Source: Patescibacteria group bacterium
GTDB lineage: Bacteria > Patescibacteriota > Minisyncoccia > Phycocordibacterales > DATDWN01
Length of the DNA: 64,000 bases
Assembly: GCA_040384485.1 (NCBI GenBank)
Contig: JAZKJH010000004.1
Coordinates: 5,928-69,927 of the forward strand
Reading direction: 5' to 3'
This document shows, one piece after another, positions 58,436 through 64,000 of the stretch (its first letter is position 1; every line of letters begins with the position of its first letter). The translations under genes were made by a program, and so were the position numbers. Under the pieces are notes generated by a model that saw only the letters and a list, made by a program, of their open reading frames with translations, had not been told where the DNA came from and did no database searches.

Positions 58436-58487
58436 ACGGGTCGCAAGACTCGTAGCAGAAACTAGACGCAAGTCTGGTTTTTGTTTT
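58436..58487 (+). ncRNA. Candidate orphan small RNA with two GCAA-tetraloop hairpins
   Basis: TTGACT-17-TATTCT promoter at 58401-58429; ACGGGTC-GCAA-GACTCGT then AGCAGAAACTAGAC-GCAA-GTCTGGTTTTTGTT; no ORF downstream. Confidence 0.55.
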
Positions 58488-58548
58488 GCCTGAATATTTT
58501 ATATATAAAAAACACCCGACTAGCGGGTGTTTCTTAAACTCAAATAAC

Positions 58549-59118
58549 TTATTGGAAAGTTACGTAAGTTGGCTTAACAAGAACCTTTTCGTCTGTTACC
58601 CATGGGCGACAGTCGTAGTTGGCATTCGTAGGATTTGTTCCTAGAACCATAGCTGAAGAAACATCAGCAGGGATCAAGTTTGTAAACTCAGAAATAGACT
58701 TTGGCTGTGTAACTGTACCTGTTGGCATTCCCTCTTTCCATGAGTAAAGGTTCAATCCATCATAAACAACCATTGTTGCTACCGTGTTTCCACCTGTTCT
58801 TGTTCTAAACTCTGCTCGCATTTTTCCTTTCGAAACATAGATAGTGTTTTTCGTAACTACGTTCGAGTTTGACTGCTCATAATCACACTGAAAGTTACCG
58901 TTCACTGAAAGTAAACTTTTTGGGGTTCCAGTGTTAGTGCCTGTATTGGTACCAGTATTAGCCCCAGTGTTTGTGTTAGTGCCTGTATTGTTATTATTTT
59001 CAGTACTAGTTGCATTGTTGTTTGTGGAATCCACCGCAACATTGTCTTCTTTTGTAAGCAACCAAACACCTAGAACTACAACTAAAATAGCCAACCCTAC
59101 CCATAATATATTTTTCAT
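58549..59118 (-). CDS. Membrane-anchored hypothetical protein with N/T/G-rich linker
   Basis: N-terminal TM; NTGTNTNTGANTGTNTGTNTGT linker; two Cys; terminator at 58507-58533. Confidence 0.8.
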   Translation of the reverse strand: MKNILWVGLAILVVVLGVWLLTKEDNVAVDSTNNNATSTENNNNTGTNTNTGANTGTNTGTNTGTPKSLLSVNGNFQCDYEQSNSNVVTKNTIYVSKGKMRAEFRTRTGGNTVATMVVYDGLNLYSWKEGMPTGTVTQPKSISEFTNLIPADVSSAMVLGTNPTNANYDCRPWVTDEKVLVKPTYVTFQ

Positions 59119-59215
59119 GATTTTAAATAAACAAATTAATAATTAACTTATTTTAACCTAAATTTAATTATAGCACAAGCTCCCTTTTAAAGGGAAGCAT
59201 GTTATACTTTTTCCA

Positions 59216-59851
59216 ATGAAAAAAGTTGCAATAATTATTTTGGTTTTGGTGGTGGGATTTTTTGTTTATCAGAAAGTCACCAAAGAAAAAGAGCCTGTCA
59301 CTGTGAGCACAACCAAGACATACAACAGCTCTCAGGTTGGGTTGTCATTTGTATACCCAAACGTTCTTTCGGCAAGCACAACTGGCAAGGTTGTAACCCT
59401 GCACCATCAAATCCCTTACAAAAACAGCGGAGACTGCGATATGGTTGGTGAGGAAATAATATACGACAACCTTACTGACTTCAAAGTGGACTTTGAAATC
59501 TCTAGCAAAGGACTCGTTGCCACAATGAAAGAAAGAAGCCCGTATATTCCGCAAGAGAACTTCGTAGGAGATGTTGTGGTTGAGTCCCCTGGATTCATAG
59601 ATGCATACAGTGTTGGTGAATTTTCTGGATATGCAATATACGAGGGTGCGGAAGGATGCGGTCGCACTACCTACTACTTCCCTATCGCTAATGATAAAAC
59701 CCTCTTTATAACTAAAATGTCTATCCAGGTCCTATCTGGAGTCATAAGTAAAGAAAAGGAAGCTGAGGTACTAAGAGTGCCGGGAGTTATAGCGAGAGAT
59801 GAATCAGATGCTATATTTCGCGATATCCTTTTGACCCTAGAAATTAAATAG
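59216..59851 (+). CDS. Membrane-anchored hypothetical protein
   Basis: N-terminal TM, GLSFVYP, GAEGCG; ATG 7 nt after TGnTATACT. Confidence 0.8.
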   Translation: MKKVAIIILVLVVGFFVYQKVTKEKEPVTVSTTKTYNSSQVGLSFVYPNVLSASTTGKVVTLHHQIPYKNSGDCDMVGEEIIYDNLTDFKVDFEISSKGLVATMKERSPYIPQENFVGDVVVESPGFIDAYSVGEFSGYAIYEGAEGCGRTTYYFPIANDKTLFITKMSIQVLSGVISKEKEAEVLRVPGVIARDESDAIFRDILLTLEIK

Positions 59852-59929
59852 AAAACCTTTGCAAAATACCAGGAAATATGTTATATTTTCCCTTATATTC
59901 TAGTATATTACCAATTAAACCCATACCTT

Positions 59930-60439
59930 TTGTCAACGCATATAAGAATCAATAATCAAATACAGGCACCTGAACTCCGAGTTATTATGGAAAACGGAGA
60001 CAACCTAGGCGTTCTGTCTTTGAAGGATGCTATTGCTCAGGCAATGGAGGCCGGACTTGACCTGATAGAGATATCGCCCAAAGCCGTCCCCCCAGTTGCA
60101 AAAATAATGGATTATGGTAAATTTCAGTATACTGAAAACAAGAAGCTAAAGGTGGCTAAAACCAAGGCTCACACAGTAGAAGTCAAGAATATCCAGGTAA
60201 AAGTGGGCACCGGAGACCATGATTTGGAGCTCAAAGCCAAAAAAGCTTCCACTTGGCTAAAAGAAGGCCACCGCATCAAAATCGACCTTTTCCTTCCAGG
60301 TAGGACAAAATACATGGATAAAAAGTTTCTGAGAGAGAGAATGGACCGAGTCCTAACACTTATCACAGAGCAGTTCAAGATTGCCGATGAAGCCAAACAA
60401 AGCCCGAAAGGACTAAGTATAGTTATTGAGAAAGCATAA
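59930..60439 (+). CDS. infC: Translation initiation factor IF-3 (TTG start)
   Basis: RINNQI, GLDLIEISP..PPVAKIMDYGKF, HDLELK; upstream of rpmI-rplT. Confidence 0.96.
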   Translation: MSTHIRINNQIQAPELRVIMENGDNLGVLSLKDAIAQAMEAGLDLIEISPKAVPPVAKIMDYGKFQYTENKKLKVAKTKAHTVEVKNIQVKVGTGDHDLELKAKKASTWLKEGHRIKIDLFLPGRTKYMDKKFLRERMDRVLTLITEQFKIADEAKQSPKGLSIVIEKA

Positions 60440-60449
60440 AAAAATTAGC

Positions 60450-60635
60450 ATGAAAACAAACAAATCATTTAAAAAAAGGTTGAAAGTAAGTAAGAACGGT
60501 AAAGTATCTGCTCGAAAGACAGGTCAGAACCACTTCAACTCAAAAGAAAGCCGAAGAAGTCAGCTATCTAAAAAAGGTACTGTTAACTTCCCTATGAGTC
60601 TTAAAGACAAAGCTAGATTCCTAATCAACATATAA
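60450..60635 (+). CDS. rpmI: 50S ribosomal protein L35
   Basis: MKTNKSFKKRLKVSKNGK...HFNSK; canonical gene position. Confidence 0.93.
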   Translation: MKTNKSFKKRLKVSKNGKVSARKTGQNHFNSKESRRSQLSKKGTVNFPMSLKDKARFLINI

Positions 60636-60662
60636 TTTAATTACATTTAATAAGCAACTAAC

Positions 60663-61007
60663 ATGACAAGAGTAAAGAAAGCGGTAAACGCCCTGAAATC
60701 AAGAAAGAATATCCTACGAAGAACAAAAGGTTTTAGACACGGACGTTCAACAAAGGAAAGACAAGCTATGGAAGCGCTTCTTCACGCTGGAGCATATTCT
60801 TTTGCCCACAGAAAAGACAAGAAGGGTGATGCTCGAAGACTTTGGAATGTTAAAATCTCTTACTCATTGAAAGAGATGGGAACTTCATACAGTAAGTTCA
60901 TGGGAGCTTTGAAAAAGAAAAACATTGAACTAGACCGAAAAATCCTTTCAACCCTAGCTACAGAGAATCCAGAAGTTTTCAAAAAAATAGTAGAATCTGC
61001 AAAATAA
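60663..61007 (+). CDS. rplT: 50S ribosomal protein L20
   Basis: MTRVK, RKDKKGDARRLW, YSKFM, IELDRKILS. Confidence 0.97.
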   Translation: MTRVKKAVNALKSRKNILRRTKGFRHGRSTKERQAMEALLHAGAYSFAHRKDKKGDARRLWNVKISYSLKEMGTSYSKFMGALKKKNIELDRKILSTLATENPEVFKKIVESAK

Positions 61008-61041
61008 CAAAAAACCGGGATATCCCGGTTTTTTGTTATTT
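61002..61041. terminator. Bidirectional terminator between rplT and the MBL gene
   Basis: AAATAACAAAAAACCGGGATATCCCGGTTTTTTGTTATTT perfect palindrome. Confidence 0.8.
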
Positions 61042-62413
61042 ATAGTTCGTAAGGTACTCCCCGCTCTGGCACCACTGCCTCGACTCCAACTTCGTCTCGT
61101 ATTCTTTGTGACAGGAAAACTGCTGACTTCGGTTCACCTAAAACTACAAAAACTTTTTTCAAACTCTCGGCAGAGTTTCCCACCATATCTACTATGCCGT
61201 CAGAATCCTTATGCGAAGAGTAACCAGATATCATTTCTATTCTTGCCTTCACAGGTATTATGTTACCTTTTATTTCTACTTCTTTAGGTTTGTTTTGAAT
61301 GTCTCTGCCTAGTGTACCTAGTGCCTGATATCCCATAAGAAGGATTGTACTTTTAGGATCGGGTAAAAACTGCATCTCGTGCCACAAAACTCTTCCACCT
61401 GACGACATGCCAGAACCAGCTATGATTATTTTTGGGTTTGGAGTGTTAGCTATTTCTTGGGAATCTCGTCTACCGTGGGTTATTGTCAGTTTTGGAAATT
61501 CAAAAATATTGTCACCCCCTTTTATCTCTCCCCTAACTTCAGTATTAAAGTTTTTTGCATGTCTTGAATATATGTCGGTGACCTTTGAGCCAAGTGGTGA
61601 GTCCAAAAATACAGGAACTTTTGGTATTTTGTTCTCTTCTATTAGGTTGTTTAATTCATAAAGTATTACCTGAGTTCGCTCTAGTGAGAAAGCCGGGATA
61701 ATTACAGCTCCACCAGCTTGGATAGACTCTGTTACTATTTGTTTAAACCTCGCATCTCTCTCATCTTTATCCTCATGGTTTCTATCGCCATATACACTAT
61801 CGACTATCATATAGTCAGCCTCTGTGATTTTTTCGGTATCGTTTAACAAAGGCGCTGGTGAGTTTCCTGAGTCGCCCGTAAAGACTATTCTTTTGCCGTG
61901 TATCATAAACTCGTAGATAGAAGAACCAAGTATATGTCCGGCATCCTTCAAATAAACGCTTATTTTTTCATCTATTTTTGCCTCAGTGTGATATGGGATA
62001 GTCTTCCACAACTCAAAAGCTCTGTGATAGTCCTCAACCCCATACAGAGGTCTGTCCGGCATATCTGTCACATTCTCCCTAGCATTCATTTCCATCACCT
62101 TGAGAGCGTCCTGGAGCATAATATGTGCCAACTCCTTAGTCTCAGGAGTTGAGTAAATAACTCCAGAAAAGCCGTCTTTAACAAGCTTAGGTATTTTGCC
62201 AATATGGTCCATGTGGGCGTGAGTTACAAACAAATAGTGGATAGTTTTTGGATCATATTGAAAATCACTCTCGTTTTCTTCTTTTGAATTAGAAGTACCT
62301 TGAAGCAAACCGCAATCAACCAAAAGCTTTTTCTCCCCAACCTCGAGCAAGAAATTTGCCCCAGTTACAGTTCCTACCCCTCCCCAAAAAGTGACTTGAA
62401 TTTTTTCGCTCAT
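61040..62413 (-). CDS. MBL-fold beta-CASP RNA-processing nuclease
   Basis: VDCG, THAHMDHIG, AGHILGS, FTGD, GSGMSSGGR, YSSHKD. Confidence 0.92.
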   Translation of the reverse strand: MSEKIQVTFWGGVGTVTGANFLLEVGEKKLLVDCGLLQGTSNSKEENESDFQYDPKTIHYLFVTHAHMDHIGKIPKLVKDGFSGVIYSTPETKELAHIMLQDALKVMEMNARENVTDMPDRPLYGVEDYHRAFELWKTIPYHTEAKIDEKISVYLKDAGHILGSSIYEFMIHGKRIVFTGDSGNSPAPLLNDTEKITEADYMIVDSVYGDRNHEDKDERDARFKQIVTESIQAGGAVIIPAFSLERTQVILYELNNLIEENKIPKVPVFLDSPLGSKVTDIYSRHAKNFNTEVRGEIKGGDNIFEFPKLTITHGRRDSQEIANTPNPKIIIAGSGMSSGGRVLWHEMQFLPDPKSTILLMGYQALGTLGRDIQNKPKEVEIKGNIIPVKARIEMISGYSSHKDSDGIVDMVGNSAESLKKVFVVLGEPKSAVFLSQRIRDEVGVEAVVPERGVPYEL

Positions 62414-62796
62414 TGTTTTAAGTGTTTAGCATATAAAAAACCGACGGCTCCCCCCAACATATCTAGCAACAGGTCCGAAATTGTATCTCTGTAGTACAGA
62501 AACCCATCTGACAGGGATGTTATTTGAAAGTGTAACTCATACCATTCCCAGAAAATACCTACTAAGAGCGACGTAACTATAACCAAAGATAGAGTTTCCT
62601 TGTTATTGAAGCCTTTTTGAGTAAAATAATGCGCAAACAAGCACACAAAAAACGCCACCAATACTCCAGCCAGAAAGTGCATCAACATATCAAACCAAGA
62701 AATCGACCAGTAAAAATAAAACTTATTTGCAAAAAGATCCAGTACACCAATTAGAAAAGTTAGAAAAAGGGTGTGTTTAATAAGACTATGTGGCAT
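62410..62796 (-). CDS. VanZ-like/DUF2238-like membrane protein
   Basis: WFDMLMHFLAG, WEWYE, DTISDLLLDMLG; start 7 nt after TGnTATAAT. Confidence 0.75.
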   Translation of the reverse strand: MPHSLIKHTLFLTFLIGVLDLFANKFYFYWSISWFDMLMHFLAGVLVAFFVCLFAHYFTQKGFNNKETLSLVIVTSLLVGIFWEWYELHFQITSLSDGFLYYRDTISDLLLDMLGGAVGFLYAKHLKQ

Positions 62797-62856
62797 TAAG
62801 TTTATTATACCAAACCCAAGCAATTAAAAAACCCTGCCGAAGCAGAGTCTCTTAGT

Positions 62857-63005
62857 GGAATTGCATTGGTATTTCCCTACTAAAAAAGTAAGGTGGGTGC
62901 CCGCACATGCAACTATCTGAATTTCGGTAAACCGAGACTCATCTGGCTACAAAAATATAAGGCTCCCAAAGAAATTATTAGGTAGAAAATACCTTCTGCA
63001 ACTCC
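62857..63005 (-). ncRNA. ssrS: 6S RNA
   Basis: About 150-nt rod: GGAGTTGCA/TGCAATTCC and GGTATTTTCTAC/GTAGGGAAATACC closing stems, central bubble with GGGAGCC/GGCACCCACC; TATAAT 6 nt upstream; terminator at 62826-62850. Confidence 0.78.
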
Positions 63006-63066
63006 TTTTTGATTATACTACCCTCTCGCACCAAAACAACTAGAAAACTTTTTGAGGTGTGTTATT

Positions 63067-63672
63067 CTATTCCAAAATACCGTCCAGATTCACGTCATAA
63101 AGCATTGCTTCTTGAATATGTCTGTAGTCTACAATCTCCTCAGGTGTAAACCAGATGGATACCTCGCGCTCGTATTCAGCTGGATCATCTGTACAATGCA
63201 CCAAGTTTCTTACTGCCCCCCTATCGTCAGTTTCAACTAGATGATAAGAATCGAGAGAATAATCTCCACGAATAGTACCTACATCAGATGTCATGGGCTC
63301 TGTTGCCCCAACTATCTTTTTAATAACTGAGACTGCTTGATTCCCCTCCCAAACCATACACATAACGGGACTAGCGACCATATACTTAACTGCCCCACCA
63401 ATTATATCTCTCCCGTATTCAATAGCTTCTTTTTCAATTGGAAGACCTTTGCCTTTTCGTTTCTCTACAATAGCTTCACCTTTGCTGGCAAACCAAGCCT
63501 CGTCTTTGTTGTAGTGTCGCCAACACTGCTCAGTAGTAGGAACCACAAACTTGGCCGCGACAAGTTTATAACCTATTCTTTCGAAGCGCTGAATTATCTC
63601 TCCAACCAAAGATCTCTGAACAGCGTCAGGCTTTATTATTACAAATGTTCTCTCTTTTTTGGGATGGTTCAT
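63067..63672 (-). CDS. ndk: Nucleoside-diphosphate kinase (long form)
   Basis: ERTFVIIKPDAVQR, GATEP...GTIRGDY, RNLVHCTD. Confidence 0.93.
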   Translation of the reverse strand: MNHPKKERTFVIIKPDAVQRSLVGEIIQRFERIGYKLVAAKFVVPTTEQCWRHYNKDEAWFASKGEAIVEKRKGKGLPIEKEAIEYGRDIIGGAVKYMVASPVMCMVWEGNQAVSVIKKIVGATEPMTSDVGTIRGDYSLDSYHLVETDDRGAVRNLVHCTDDPAEYEREVSIWFTPEEIVDYRHIQEAMLYDVNLDGILE

Positions 63673-63745
63673 AATCAATTAGGTTATCTGAATTTTTAAG
63701 TATATACGAAAATATAGCATAAATTCTATTTTTTATAAAAGTAAC

Positions 63746-64000
63746 TTACTCAAAAATTGAGAAAATAAAATCCAGACCCTTGATTGGAAGAGCTAACATT
63801 TTATTTACAAAACCTTGTTTCTTTTCAGCCTCGAAAACAACCTGCATGCTTTCTTTTTCTGCTTCCTCTTCCTCTACTACTATATTTGAAATACCCTCTC
63901 TGGCCTCACTTTTCTCTACAACTCGCAGTGTCGTAGGTGCGATAATTATAGGAGCCTCAACTGGCACCTCTGCGAATGCTTGAATTTTACTCTGTAATTT
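63746..64000 (-). CDS. 3' end of a hypothetical protein (5' part outside window)
   Basis: Frame open to the window edge (KLQSKIQAFAEVPVEAP...GLDFIFSIFE*). Confidence 0.65.
   Translation of the reverse strand, partial: KLQSKIQAFAEVPVEAPIIIAPTTLRVVEKSEAREGISNIVVEEEEAEKESMQVVFEAEKKQGFVNKMLALPIKGLDFIFSIFE

Noticed and set aside
55723-58500. Prophage or integrative island at ssrA
   Set aside because: No integrase, phage genes or distal att duplicate
62857-63005. RNase P RNA or SRP RNA
   Set aside because: Lacks GAGGAAAGUCC and the SRP helix-8 motif; the rod with central bubble fits 6S
1-64000. Alternative genetic code (UGA=Gly/Trp)
   Set aside because: Conserved genes are intact in code 11 and TGA terminates genes such as smpB

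Overview
An AT-rich bacterial chromosome segment in standard code 11. Gene content points to Patescibacteria/CPR, Parcubacteria-like (inference from a short ValS, a stand-alone VirB4/TraG-like ATPase, tRNA-Ile(UAU) and many leaderless-looking genes). From left to right it carries: the 5' part of a >910-aa Ig-repeat surface protein missed by the ORF track; valS, a PrsW-family gene and hsp20; tRNA-Phe and tRNA-Arg; a redox/DsbB/MYG1 block; secA; an O-antigen-ligase/flippase pair followed by a ~29-kb surface-glycosylation locus (8 GT4, 3 GT2, 5 GT-C-like, GtrA, 5 SAM methyltransferases, AsnB, an exostosin-family GT); pyk; tRNA-Ile(UAU); ftsH; smpB-ssrA; two orphan genes; infC-rpmI-rplT; a beta-CASP nuclease; 6S RNA; and ndk. 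The most novel-looking signal is a non-coding, co-varying structured motif, RGMCGGA-[hairpin]-GAGnnnGGGTCG-[stem with bulged A]-TGACCA. It occurs three times, always next to and co-oriented with a tRNA/tmRNA gene and embedded in duplicated pieces of that RNA gene. Other highlights are an orphan ~50-nt double-GCAA-hairpin sRNA candidate, a 24-aa Lys/Ala micro-protein with a structured leader, two palindromic operator candidates, and tRNA features suggesting loss of modification enzymes. All calls were made by eye without database searches.
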